Of a stretch of DNA of 64,000 nt, positions 51,712-61,726 are shown in pieces. This DNA is from Trichormus sp. ATA11-4-KO1 (GTDB lineage Bacteria; Cyanobacteriota; Cyanobacteriia; Cyanobacteriales; Nostocaceae): positions 160,001 to 224,000 of the forward strand of contig JAHHIM010000001.1 of NCBI GenBank assembly GCA_019358915.1, written 5' to 3'. The notes under the pieces were generated by a model. That model was not told the DNA's origin, made no database searches, and saw only the letters and a program-made list of their open reading frames with translations. Position numbers and translations under genes: made by a program. How positions within the stretch are numbered: position 1 is the first letter of the stretch; every line of letters starts with the position of its first letter.

Positions 51712-52233
51712 TTAAAGTGATTTTACCATCCATAGGGATTGGGTTTGATAACCAAGCTGACTGTAAAGACTGAAAGCGGCTTGATTGGATGGAAAAACTT
51801 GTAAGCCAATTTGGCGATCGCCTCTTTGAGTCGCCCAATTTTCGACATACTTCATCAAAGCTGTACCAATACCCCGCCGTCGATGTTCTGGATTAACGTA
51901 CAGGAGAAAAATATGAGCATGGCGATCGCCTTGTACTTGGTCTATGGCGTTTCCTATCCAGAGGCAGGCGATGGGGGGATGGGGGGATGGGGGGAAAAAA
52001 GTTATATTATTACTCTCCCCTGCTCCCCTGCTCCCTTGCTCCCCTACTCCCATATCCACCCACCATAAGGGTGTGTCTTTAGAGAAGTATTGCTCGACGG
52101 TTTTGGCTAAATGGGCAAAATCTTGCTCTGGAAATAAATCCTGGTAAGTTCGCTGCATGAACTTTACCAGCATTGCCCGATCCAATGTTGAGCCGCGACG
52201 AATGTAGTACCCAGGTAGAAGTTGCTCAGACAA
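51712..52233 (-). CDS. GNAT family N-acetyltransferase
   Basis: LYVNPEHRRRGIGTAL acetyl-CoA motif and N.AA.SLY..LGY. Confidence 0.9.
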   Translation of the reverse strand: MSEQLLPGYYIRRGSTLDRAMLVKFMQRTYQDLFPEQDFAHLAKTVEQYFSKDTPLWWVDMGVGEQGSRGAGESNNITFFPPSPHPPIACLWIGNAIDQVQGDRHAHIFLLYVNPEHRRRGIGTALMKYVENWATQRGDRQIGLQVFPSNQAAFSLYSQLGYQTQSLWMVKSL

Positions 52234-52251
52234 ACCTTTTTGTATTTACTT

Positions 52252-52485
52252 CTATGATTGTTTTGTCTCTAGGGAAAGCATGGAGCAAGATAAAAGCGGA
52301 GGTTGTGAAAAGGCAAACAATTCTTCCTCCCCATTTTCCCATCTGCCAATTCCCCCATCTTCCTCAATGGGTGCGGGTGCTGCCATATCAGAGGGTAAAA
52401 AGATGCGAGCGCTGACTGCTACCAGAGCAAATAAAAATACTAATACTACAAGCAAGGGGGCGATGTACTGACGAAATATAGCCAT
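52252..52485 (-). CDS. Small single-TM hypothetical protein
   Basis: RQYIAPLLVVLVFLFALVAVSARIFLPSDMAAPAP followed by an STRR-derived tail. Confidence 0.6.
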   Translation of the reverse strand: MAIFRQYIAPLLVVLVFLFALVAVSARIFLPSDMAAPAPIEEDGGIGRWENGEEELFAFSQPPLLSCSMLSLETKQS

Positions 52486-52578
52486 ATTTGAATTGCCATC
52501 GGCTAGATTTTGTATTTGAGAACCTAGCTGAAGATTTGTGAAGTTTTCTTGAACTATTTTAAAACTTTTTCGGGCTAC

Positions 52579-52980
52579 TTAACGTTGATCGCGTTCTAAG
52601 TCATCAAGTACTCGTTCGCAATACCAATTCTCTGGCATCCCCGGATAATTCTGTTTTGCCTGCTCAATTAACCGCTCGGCTGCGGCCACATCACCTGCTA
52701 ACTTAGCAATTAGCTTGTTTTTGAGATGGCTATCGGCTATTTGCTCGTTTGCTTGTTCGGGTCTTTCTTCTGTTACTACCTGAGACTGTTCTCTTCTCAA
52801 CTGCCAGAATAAAACGTAATAAAGAGTACCAAAAATTAAAATTAGGCTAAATGTGCCAAAAAGAGTTAGGAGATTAAAAGTCAAAAATCCTAAAACTAAC
52901 TGTGAGAGAACGTAGCCGAGTAACAAGCCAATGAGTAAGAGAATAAATGTGCCGACGATAATAACTACTTGGTTCCCCAT
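52579..52980 (-). CDS. Hypothetical membrane protein
   Basis: Two TM segments plus a helical C-terminal domain; overlaps the ampG stop, suggesting translational coupling. Confidence 0.7.
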   Translation of the reverse strand: MGNQVVIIVGTFILLLIGLLLGYVLSQLVLGFLTFNLLTLFGTFSLILIFGTLYYVLFWQLRREQSQVVTEERPEQANEQIADSHLKNKLIAKLAGDVAAAERLIEQAKQNYPGMPENWYCERVLDDLERDQR

Positions 52981-54257
52981 AAATCCTCTTCGTCTTCCTC
53001 AATTCCTGGTCTGGATATTGCCACTGGTTTAGGGTTCCAAGGGGCAAAGAATGGTAACAGGAGTAGTCCTGGGATAGCGGCGACCATACTAATGATGAAA
53101 AATAAGGGCCAACCTGTACTTTTTGCTAAAGAGCCAGCCGGCGCAACTAGAATATCACGACTGACAGCCATAAAACTAGAAAGTAAAGCATACTGGGTAG
53201 CAGAAAAGCGCTGATTACACATATTCATCAAAAAGGCCACAAAAGCTGCTGTCCCCAACCCAGCACAAAAGTTTTCGATGTTGATTGTCAATACTAAAGC
53301 CTGATAGTTTTTACCTACTTGAGCCAGTAAATAGTAAGCTAAGTTACTGACTGCTTGCAAAGCACCAAATAACCAAAGTGAGCGATTGAGACCCATTTTA
53401 CTCAAAAATGCTCCCCCGGCTAAGGTGCCAACAATGGTAGCAATCAGTCCCATACCGCCTTGAATTGCTCCAATATCGGTTTGAGTGAATCCAGTTTGTA
53501 GCAAGAAGGGTGTAGACATGTTGTTCACAAAAGAATCGCCCAGTTTATACAAGACGATGAACAACAAAATTAAAAAGGCTTGAACTACACCTTGGCGCTG
53601 GAAAAATTCCCCAAAAGGTAGAATTACGGCAGCAGCTAAAGATTCTGGGGGACTAGTTTCTTTGGGTTCTGGTGCCAATAAGGTGGCAATAATGCCAATT
53701 ACCATGCCAACTGCCATCAATAAGTAAACTGATGACCAAGATATTCTATCAGCCAGGATTAATGCTAAAGACCCTGTAAGCAGCAATGCTACCCGATAAC
53801 CTAAGACGAAAACTGCTGCACCCGCTCCCAATTCTAATTCTGCCAAAACATCGGTGCGGTAGGCATCAGCAGCAATATCTTGTGTGGCACTGAAAAAAGC
53901 GATCGCTACAGCGTTGATCGCTAATAATTGTAGTGCTTGTTTGGGTTGTTGAAAAGCCATGAGAGCGATCGCAATTAACAACCCAATTTGAATTGTAATT
54001 AACCAGCCGCGTCGCCTACCCAAAATGGGTATGGCAAACCTGTCCAACAAAGGCGACCAAAGAAATTTTAATGAGTAAGGCAAACCCACAAGGCTAAATA
54101 AGCCAATGGCTGTTAAATCTACCTGTTCCACCGTCATCCAAGCTTGCAAGGTTCTACTAGTTAAGAACAAGGGTAAACCGGAGGAAAAACCGAGTAGTAA
54201 TAATGCTGCCATTTTCCGGCTACCGAAAACTTGCAGCAGCGATCGCACTGGATTCAT
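52965..54257 (-). CDS. ampG: AmpG-family muropeptide MFS permease
   Basis: GFSSGLP, LKFLWSPLLD, GRRRGW, SATQDIAADAY and SATQYALLSS motifs. Confidence 0.93.
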   Translation of the reverse strand: MNPVRSLLQVFGSRKMAALLLLGFSSGLPLFLTSRTLQAWMTVEQVDLTAIGLFSLVGLPYSLKFLWSPLLDRFAIPILGRRRGWLITIQIGLLIAIALMAFQQPKQALQLLAINAVAIAFFSATQDIAADAYRTDVLAELELGAGAAVFVLGYRVALLLTGSLALILADRISWSSVYLLMAVGMVIGIIATLLAPEPKETSPPESLAAAVILPFGEFFQRQGVVQAFLILLFIVLYKLGDSFVNNMSTPFLLQTGFTQTDIGAIQGGMGLIATIVGTLAGGAFLSKMGLNRSLWLFGALQAVSNLAYYLLAQVGKNYQALVLTINIENFCAGLGTAAFVAFLMNMCNQRFSATQYALLSSFMAVSRDILVAPAGSLAKSTGWPLFFIISMVAAIPGLLLLPFFAPWNPKPVAISRPGIEEDEEDLWGTK

Positions 54258-54431
54258 TTTGTGAAAATTCCTCTCATATCAAATTCTGATAATTTAGTCT
54301 TTCAGAGTCTTTGGGCTAGAAGCTTAGGATTATACAAACAAAACCATGACTAGCGTATTGAGCCACTGAAGATAGGCTTGGCAAGACACAATAACATACA
54401 CCTGATAAAAATATTGAAAAATTTCTTCCCC

Positions 54432-55886
54432 CTACTCCCCCAAACTGTAAACTTGATGACCTCTAATTTCTACCCCATGTGCAGCAAGGCATTTTTCCCA
54501 ACCTGCACGAGTACCGATTTCGCTTTTGAGTTTAAGTAGTCCTAATTGCTGTTCTTGTTGCGTGAGTTTAGCAAATTCTTCGTAGCGTGGGTAGTTCGCA
54601 GTAACAAAAGTTTCTTTGCGGTGTAATATTGGCGGATTAGCCCTATCTGCATAATCTCTGTGTGTAATGTATAAAGTTTTTAAGTCAATCGTGATACTAG
54701 CTTTTAAAGCTGGATGGGGGTCATGATCAAAATCTGGGTAAAACAAATAGGATATTTGCGGTTTATCAGTATAGTATTTAATTAATGTAGCGCCATCGAC
54801 ACGCCCAATGGTGCGGCTAGCACAGCCTTCATAAATTCGTAGTAACGGGTCAAGTGCTGCTAATGCCGAAACATGGATATAAAGCGCACCGCGTGTATGT
54901 TTGCCAATTTTGCTTTTTTGGCAAGTAGTCTGCACAACTTCTGGTTTACCTAAACTGAAAAGCTTTTGGTCGGCGACTTGACAAGCTTCTTCATAGCTAC
55001 CAAAAAAGGCTTTGATGTCGTGGCGCATTTCTGGTGCTAGTTTGTGCCATGTAGGACGTTGATCAAGATGAGTTAGAGCAAGATAAACTTGAATATCTAG
55101 GGAACGACGATAAGCGATCGCATCCCATTCTGCTTCTTCAGTAGCTTGTAATATGACATTAAAGGCGCGGCGAAAGTTACCAAATTCACTGAGTAATTCT
55201 AGTTGATTGGCTAATTCACCTTTTACGGGTAATCTGCCACGTTTGGTAAAAAAGTCCATCAGTGGTTGCAGTTGTTCTTGGTAGTCTTCAAACCGCTTGC
55301 TGGGGATGCGAACTCTGGGTGTAGCAGTGCTAGAAAAGAAGCGAATGGCTTTAAAACTTTCTTTTTGGGCATCATCACGAAAAACAAAATATACTCCTAA
55401 AGCTACGGGTACTGCATCTACATTAAGTACCTCATCAATGTAAGTTTTAAGTTCTTGTTGTTCGTAATATTTCTGAAAAGTATTGCGGCGAGTGACGATA
55501 CCATCGCTGTAAGCGATTTGTGTTTTGCTAGAAGCATTAATTAATACTTGCGCAGCCACAATTAAAACTTTTTGGGTAATTTCCCAAGCTTTAATTAGAC
55601 TTTGGCGGCGTTCCTCTTGGTCTTCGATGACATTGAGGACATAACCCAAATTAACCACATCGGCAGATGTAATCGACTCATGGGGGAAGTAATAAGGGTC
55701 CCAGCCAGCGCTGGTATAGCCTAAATTACCGACTCGCTGCACATCACCACCGTAGCCACAGCCGTAGTCAAAAAATGAGGTATCCTGATTGAGGATGGCC
55801 CATTCTATTGCCAGGCGCACCGGGCGAGATATATCATTGCGAGCGATCGCAGCTCGATGACGCTCAATTTCTAAAGCTTCGGCCAT
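54432..55886 (-). CDS. DNA phosphorothioation-associated putative methyltransferase
   Basis: RHRAAI.R...SRP, FDYGCGYG.D, GWDP, DVVNLGYVLNVIE, TFQKYY, Y.DF..DPHP and NPPILHRKE motifs; directly downstream of dndE. Confidence 0.85.
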   Translation of the reverse strand: MAEALEIERHRAAIARNDISRPVRLAIEWAILNQDTSFFDYGCGYGGDVQRVGNLGYTSAGWDPYYFPHESITSADVVNLGYVLNVIEDQEERRQSLIKAWEITQKVLIVAAQVLINASSKTQIAYSDGIVTRRNTFQKYYEQQELKTYIDEVLNVDAVPVALGVYFVFRDDAQKESFKAIRFFSSTATPRVRIPSKRFEDYQEQLQPLMDFFTKRGRLPVKGELANQLELLSEFGNFRRAFNVILQATEEAEWDAIAYRRSLDIQVYLALTHLDQRPTWHKLAPEMRHDIKAFFGSYEEACQVADQKLFSLGKPEVVQTTCQKSKIGKHTRGALYIHVSALAALDPLLRIYEGCASRTIGRVDGATLIKYYTDKPQISYLFYPDFDHDPHPALKASITIDLKTLYITHRDYADRANPPILHRKETFVTANYPRYEEFAKLTQQEQQLGLLKLKSEIGTRAGWEKCLAAHGVEIRGHQVYSLGE

Positions 55887-55924
55887 AATATTCAGTTAAC
55901 AGCCAACAGTTAACTAATATCCTT

Positions 55925-56311
55925 TCAATTTTTCACCGCTAGTTCAACTAAATCTTCAATTTTCTTGATATTGGGATCACCTGCTAAGTAACCAATACCA
56001 CGATGTAAGTGCAGACGAAATTGGGTAGCTAGGGTGTCTTTATCGGTGGGATAGCCATCATTATGACAGCGTTGCTTCAGGGCGAGGAGAAGAATATCAG
56101 ACATGTCACCCCCAAACACACGCCAAGTCATTTCGACATTACTATCCTGGAGAATTGGGACAGGGGAAGGTGCGATTGCTTCTGCGAGGGAGCGACAAAA
56201 CGCCCAACGACATAAGATATTCCATTGGTCAATTTTAGTATGGCGTTTAAGTTTGAGAAGTTGGTCTTTGGCTGTTTGGGAAAGTCTAATTCTTTCAATT
56301 GGTGATTCCAT
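55925..56311 (-). CDS. dndE: DNA sulfur modification protein DndE
   Basis: IRLSQTAKDQL.KLKR, WNILCRWAFC.SL and FRLHLHRGIGYL motifs; genomic context. Confidence 0.9.
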   Translation of the reverse strand: MESPIERIRLSQTAKDQLLKLKRHTKIDQWNILCRWAFCRSLAEAIAPSPVPILQDSNVEMTWRVFGGDMSDILLLALKQRCHNDGYPTDKDTLATQFRLHLHRGIGYLAGDPNIKKIEDLVELAVKN

Positions 56312-56343
56312 AATTTTTATCAATATCGAATTTTATCTAAAAG

Positions 56344-56691
56344 TCATAAACCCAAACAGTAACGAACCGCAGCTTCAACTTCAAGCATCTTAGAATCAGA
56401 AATCTTGCCAGTTGAGTCATTAGGAAAGCGATTTGTATCTACAGAACGAATTTGAAAACACAAAAACACTGTTTCTATCAGCAACCTGCTGTCATTAGGT
56501 GAGACTCTGATATTAGTTGGATAATCACGTTTAATATTGCTACCTTTTGTCCCTACAACTACAGTCACGACTAAAGGTAATTGGTTAATAGCGTCTACAG
56601 ATAAGACTAAAACTGGTCTTGTTCCTGCCTGTTATCGACCTATTACTGGATTAAGATTGACAAAATAAATTTCTCCTCTTTCTATACTCAC
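56344..56691 (-). pseudogene. mazF: MazF/PemK toxin with premature stop at codon 20
   Basis: From GTG 56691 it reads MSIERGEIYFVNLNPVIGR*QAGTRPVLVLS...QIRSVD..RF, with an in-frame TAA at 56634-56632. Confidence 0.85.
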
Positions 56692-56696
56692 TTTTG

Positions 56697-56942
56697 TTAT
56701 AAACCATCCATTTCAGTAATTGCAAATTCCTCATTAATAGACGATATTTCTGTTTGTATATCTAAATCAACAGCCATTGCAATTAATTGTTCCTGCACCC
56801 ATTTCATATTTAGTAATTTATCTGACGTTTTCTGCCTTTCTTGCACTTGTTTTTGAATACGTTCTAAGAGCCATTTTAGTTCTTCTAATGACAAAGCACG
56901 TAGGTCACGCTCAATTTTTAGTAAATTTGGTGAGTTCATCAT
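56697..56942 (-). CDS. Putative antitoxin
   Basis: Small ORF ending 5 bp before the mazF start, with an acidic C-terminus (EEFAITEMDGL). Confidence 0.65.
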   Translation of the reverse strand: MMNSPNLLKIERDLRALSLEELKWLLERIQKQVQERQKTSDKLLNMKWVQEQLIAMAVDLDIQTEISSINEEFAITEMDGL

Positions 56943-57031
56943 TGCTTATCTAATTTCCAAAGGTCGTTATATATATTGTAAATATCTAGAGTTGGAAAAA
57001 CCGCGCTCCGCCAATTTTTTAACAATATCTA

Positions 57032-59017
57032 CTACCAAAAATATCCTGACTGTATAGTAGTTTGGCGGGTTGAAGAATCGTATTTGAGGAGATATTCGCG
57101 GGCGATCGCTTCATTTGCTCGCAGTGTTTCCACTTCTTTCTTTCCAATCTCCGTATCGGTGGAAAGCAAAATTACTTGATGGCTAGCAGACGGAAAGTAG
57201 CGTTCAATGAGGTTTCCTCGGTGGGATGAGTCTAGTCTACCGAGGGGAGTGTCTATGGCTACTGGTAGGCGGTGTCCAGAGACTTTGGCTAAACCCCAGA
57301 GAAAGGCGATCGCAAGTAATTGTTTTTCACCTGCTGATAAACGATGTTTAGGAACAGGTTTACCATTTAAATCATAAAGCAAAAGGCTGAAAGTCTTGGT
57401 GTCAATGGTAATGCGATGTACTAAGTCTGATTTATGGAGAAGATAAAGGAAGCAGTTTTTAACTTCCTCTTCTAATTTATTGAGTTTTCGCAGAGTTAAT
57501 TTTTCACGAAAAATTTTGAGTGTATTTTGAACTTTAGCCGCAGAGGTAATAATATGTTCGCTATTTTTATGTTTAATATTTTCTACAGTATAATCATTTA
57601 ATTCTCTCTTTGACTTAGTAATAATAGTTTCTAATTCAGCTAACCGACGGCGGATTGTTTCGTAATTTGCTTTAGCTTCAACAACTTGGTTTTGTGCCGA
57701 TTCTAGTGCGTGACGCAGTTTTGTATAATCTTCTGGTGCTGCTGCTGTTTGTACTTGTCTTTCCAGAGTATGAATTTCTTCTTGTTTATTTTTGAGAATA
57801 GCTAATTTCTCTTTTGCAGAAAGTTTAGAATTTTGTAAGTGATATATGAAATTATCTAGCTGACTTAAAGTTTCATCATCAGCTAATAACCAAGGTGCTT
57901 CTGTCTGGAGAGTCTTTGCATATAAACTATTTATATCTTGGATTAAAAATGATTGAATTTTTTCAAGTTGTATTGGAGAAATTTCTACTTGATTTAACCA
58001 AGTTAGTAAACGCTGATCTCTCTCAATTAACAAATCTTTAGAAATTTGTACTTGTTGATGGCGAAATTCTTTTTCTCCCTGTGTTTGCGCCTGATTAAGC
58101 AAATTGGAAATTAAGGACAGAGGTAAAACATCAGCCGCCAATTCACACATTGACTGACGTAATTGTTCAATTTCCGCAGTTTTTGTATCCTGTTGTAATT
58201 CTAGTTGAGTGCGTTTTGCTGCAATCTTCCCACCTTCAGAAATGAATTTATCAAAGGCTTCTTGCTGCTTTTTTTCTAACTCTTCTACCTGATTTTTGAG
58301 AGTTTCTAATTTCTCTAATGTTGTTTGATAATCTTGTTGTTGTTGGGTTAGCTTAGTTTCAATTTCCTCTAGATTTACTAAATCCTTAATATTACCAACT
58401 TCTTTAATTTTACGGTTAACTAAAATATCTAAATCAAGTGCTAAACGGTCTGCCAATTCTAGTCCTAAAAGCCCGCGAATTGCATCTACTACAACTGGTG
58501 GTGGTGTTTCCTGTTCTGCAAGCTCTTTAACTTGTTCACCATCAAATAGAAATAAGTTGGAAATCCCTAATGGCAGAAGATTTTCAATATATTCATCCCA
58601 GATATTAACTAAAGCATCAGGCCATGTATCACTGTCACCTAAAATACCTAATGTATCTTTACCGTCTTTAGGATTTTTTGTCCAACTACGCACAACACGG
58701 TATTTTATTGGCTTGTCGTTTTCAATATGTTCAAAAAGTAATTCAATCCGGGTATCTGCAACTGGATCTATTTTACTGTTAACACATTGATTGAGAAAAT
58801 CGCCATAACTTAAATTACCACGAGTAGAACATTGGGCACGAGCGCCATAAAGGGCGAGACGAATGGCATCCATAAGGGTGGTTTTTCCACCGCCATTCAT
58901 ACCACCTAATAAGATAATTGGGTGTGAGGTTTCCTCATCAATTTTTGGGTTAAGGTTGATTATCTGTTTTCCACTATAGGGGCCAAAGTTTTGTAGAACG
59001 AGTTCAAGAAATATCAT
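57032..59017 (-). CDS. dndD: DNA sulfur modification protein DndD (SMC-like ATPase)
   Basis: Walker A GMNGGGKTT, FLFDGEQ, long coiled coil, signature LSAGEKQ and IDTPLGRLDS.HR. Confidence 0.95.
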   Translation of the reverse strand: MIFLELVLQNFGPYSGKQIINLNPKIDEETSHPIILLGGMNGGGKTTLMDAIRLALYGARAQCSTRGNLSYGDFLNQCVNSKIDPVADTRIELLFEHIENDKPIKYRVVRSWTKNPKDGKDTLGILGDSDTWPDALVNIWDEYIENLLPLGISNLFLFDGEQVKELAEQETPPPVVVDAIRGLLGLELADRLALDLDILVNRKIKEVGNIKDLVNLEEIETKLTQQQQDYQTTLEKLETLKNQVEELEKKQQEAFDKFISEGGKIAAKRTQLELQQDTKTAEIEQLRQSMCELAADVLPLSLISNLLNQAQTQGEKEFRHQQVQISKDLLIERDQRLLTWLNQVEISPIQLEKIQSFLIQDINSLYAKTLQTEAPWLLADDETLSQLDNFIYHLQNSKLSAKEKLAILKNKQEEIHTLERQVQTAAAPEDYTKLRHALESAQNQVVEAKANYETIRRRLAELETIITKSKRELNDYTVENIKHKNSEHIITSAAKVQNTLKIFREKLTLRKLNKLEEEVKNCFLYLLHKSDLVHRITIDTKTFSLLLYDLNGKPVPKHRLSAGEKQLLAIAFLWGLAKVSGHRLPVAIDTPLGRLDSSHRGNLIERYFPSASHQVILLSTDTEIGKKEVETLRANEAIAREYLLKYDSSTRQTTIQSGYFW

Positions 59018-59210
59018 TGATTTTTAAGATTAACATGAGTTCGACAGCGATCGCAGAAGCAGAAAGTTTGTGATGAAAGGAATCAGATAAAATTAATTAG
59101 ATAGCTTTGTCTGACGCATTGAGAAAAAATATTGTCTATGAAATATAGATAATACCATCACTAACTGTTAAGAAATGCGATTGTATCTGTCTCGGTGTTG
59201 GTAAGCGTGG

Positions 59211-59831
59211 CTAGATTTGCACACCTCCAGCTTGAAAAATCTGTTCGGCGGTTAAATTCAATTCTGGGAAAGTAGGGGAGACAATATGGGTATCGCCTCT
59301 AAATTGAGTAACTTGGTACTCACCATCAATTAATTCATAAATGGATATAGTAGGCAGTTTAGGATTGCCAATAAACTTCCTAGCACCTATAGCCGCGTAA
59401 TCTATAATCCAATATTCTGGAATACCTATAGCTTCATAATCGGCTAATTTTTTATAGTAATCATCTCGCCAGTTAGTACTAACAACTTCAATAACCAATG
59501 GAATAGATGCAGCTTGAGATACAGTTGATTCTTTTTTCCATAAAGGCTCATTCACTAAATTTGGTCGATTGATTATTAAGATGTCTGGTGAATAAGCTGA
59601 TTCACCTTCAAATGGCTTGACTAATACAGTTTTTGGAATGTAATAAGGTAAATTTAGACGCTTGATATCAGCAGATATTTCTAGTGCCAAAAAACCAACA
59701 ACATCCTCATGATCTCCCACTGGTTGAGCCATTTCAACAATCACACCATCATGTAATTCGTATCTCCCACCCTCAGGCCGCCAAGCTGCAAAATCTTCAA
59801 AAGTTACTAGTTTGTGTATGGCTTGAATCAT
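59211..59831 (-). CDS. Uma2-family PD-(D/E)xK nuclease-fold protein
   Basis: YELHDG, PD, LVIEVVS and DY..K...Y...GIPEYWIID motifs. Confidence 0.92.
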   Translation of the reverse strand: MIQAIHKLVTFEDFAAWRPEGGRYELHDGVIVEMAQPVGDHEDVVGFLALEISADIKRLNLPYYIPKTVLVKPFEGESAYSPDILIINRPNLVNEPLWKKESTVSQAASIPLVIEVVSTNWRDDYYKKLADYEAIGIPEYWIIDYAAIGARKFIGNPKLPTISIYELIDGEYQVTQFRGDTHIVSPTFPELNLTAEQIFQAGGVQI

Positions 59832-59906
59832 AGAACCTCGCTTGTTTTAAGATAACCCAACTTTGTCAAGCGTTCTTTAAGTAGTTTGGTTGACTCCCGT
59901 CTTCTA

Positions 59907-61529
59907 TTATTCTGAGTTTTCCTTTTTAAATTTCATACTTGCCCAAGTTACCTGTTCATCATTTTCATTTTCACCTTTATCTACTTCATTGATGGCTGCA
60001 ACATCACCCAAAGTCATCTGCTTGACTTTTGCAACATCACCTTGACTAACTGCTTCACTTAATTCACGTTTTAAACGAGCATTTTTAATTGCATCTTCTG
60101 GAGAACGAGAACTCGTATTAAAACATTTTTCTAGGGTTTCGTATATCCCCACGCGACGAGTCTTTTTGCGATACTGGCGTTCTGTGTCTAACAATTTCGC
60201 CATGAGTTCCAAGTGCATCGCGTCGCCTTCACAAATTTCTTCTAGTACTATCCATTCATCACGACCTAGTAGGCTATAGTCAGCACCAGGACGGGGGTCT
60301 ATGAACTCTTCACCAGTCACTTCTTGATAAATCCGGGGTAAGCTATCATCAAATTCGTGTTTGTCTTCTAGCCAAATGCGGCGAATTTCGCTCATTTCTT
60401 CTAGAGTAATAAGGGTGATATCGCACATATTTTCTGGTGCTGTAAGACGGGTTTTTGTTTGCGCTTCTAGTAATCGTCTGAGCCAATGTTCACGCCAATA
60501 TTTAGTATAGGGGCCAGGTATTGGTTCAACAGAAATTTCCCCTTTTTTATTACGTTCAAATAGTTGGACATCTCCCCAAATTCTTCTAAAGTCTCTCTTG
60601 TCTCGATCATCTTGAATATCTAGTTCATTACGAATATCTAATAGAGGCTGCATCCATTCTTTTTCTTCATCATTTTGGATCATCGCTTCCATTGATTTAT
60701 CCTTATTCACTAGTGTGCAAACCCAGCAGCCAAATCGGGAATCACCACAACTAGGAGTAGAAGTATCAACAACTAGTGGGCATTCATTATCGGCTGTTGC
60801 ACCTCGATACATAGCAAATAATTCTTTATTGCTTTGTCCCCAAGGATTATCCCACTGATTCAGGTATATCCAGACATCGTTATTACTCCAATCTTCAATA
60901 GGGGTATAGATTAAAGAGTTGGGTAGGCTGGCATTAGGACTCAGGCGATCGCGTACTCGATCAACTTGATGCTTTTTCATTGTGGCAGCACGTTTGGCGC
61001 TTTCTGCTTTGCGAGTACCCAATACAAGTATTGTTTCACCGTTAGCTCTAACTATTTCACGGATGAATTGATTGGCAGGATTAATTTTTAAGCGTGGTGT
61101 ACACCAGCGAAACTGGTTACGAGGTGCTGGATATCCCTTACCAATAAGATTTACCCAAAATGTGTCTTCAATTACTGGTTGCAGTAGATGTGGATCAATT
61201 GGCATCCCCTGTTTTTTAGCAGCTACTTTGAGATTCTGCAAGGATTTGCGAACCCAAGCAGACACTACAGGATTTTCTACCTGAGTATCGGTTGTAATTA
61301 CATATATAGTTTTAGTTCTTTTTTCTGGAGGAAGAGCAGCGATCGCATTCCACACAAGCTGCAATACTGTGCTAGAATCCTTTCCCCAAGACACGCCTAA
61401 AACCCAAGGTATCTCATCTAAACAATACAATTCTTGAATTTCAATGGTGAGAGCTTGGATGTAGTCCACTAACTCTGCTACAGTACGTGTTTGCTGACCT
61501 TTATTTTCTGCTTGTTGTGCTGTAGTCAT
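59907..61529 (-). CDS. dndC: DNA phosphorothioation sulfurtransferase DndC
   Basis: PP-loop SWGKDS, DT.VENP, GKGYPAP, FRWCT.RLKI.P and CGDSRFGCWVCT motifs. Likely start ATG 61529 after AGGAG. Confidence 0.95.
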   Translation of the reverse strand: MTTAQQAENKGQQTRTVAELVDYIQALTIEIQELYCLDEIPWVLGVSWGKDSSTVLQLVWNAIAALPPEKRTKTIYVITTDTQVENPVVSAWVRKSLQNLKVAAKKQGMPIDPHLLQPVIEDTFWVNLIGKGYPAPRNQFRWCTPRLKINPANQFIREIVRANGETILVLGTRKAESAKRAATMKKHQVDRVRDRLSPNASLPNSLIYTPIEDWSNNDVWIYLNQWDNPWGQSNKELFAMYRGATADNECPLVVDTSTPSCGDSRFGCWVCTLVNKDKSMEAMIQNDEEKEWMQPLLDIRNELDIQDDRDKRDFRRIWGDVQLFERNKKGEISVEPIPGPYTKYWREHWLRRLLEAQTKTRLTAPENMCDITLITLEEMSEIRRIWLEDKHEFDDSLPRIYQEVTGEEFIDPRPGADYSLLGRDEWIVLEEICEGDAMHLELMAKLLDTERQYRKKTRRVGIYETLEKCFNTSSRSPEDAIKNARLKRELSEAVSQGDVAKVKQMTLGDVAAINEVDKGENENDEQVTWASMKFKKENSE

Positions 61530-61726
61530 TTCTCCTTCTCTCTGGAAACACTGGCGTAATATTCGGGCGAATAGAATGATGCCTCCGGCACGCCAAGGGC
61601 GAACGCGGCTACACAGACAAAACCCACCTGAGTGGGTTGAAAAACAGTTTTTAAAAACTTTACTACTAATATCCAATTTTTTGGATAATTAAACGACATA
61701 ATCTTATTCTGTTTTTAAAATTTAAC

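Noticed and set aside
61530..61676. 49-aa N-terminal extension of DndC (similarly the extensions of rpsB and the 23150 ORF)
   Set aside because: The extensions translate leader or repeat DNA; better-supported starts lie downstream.
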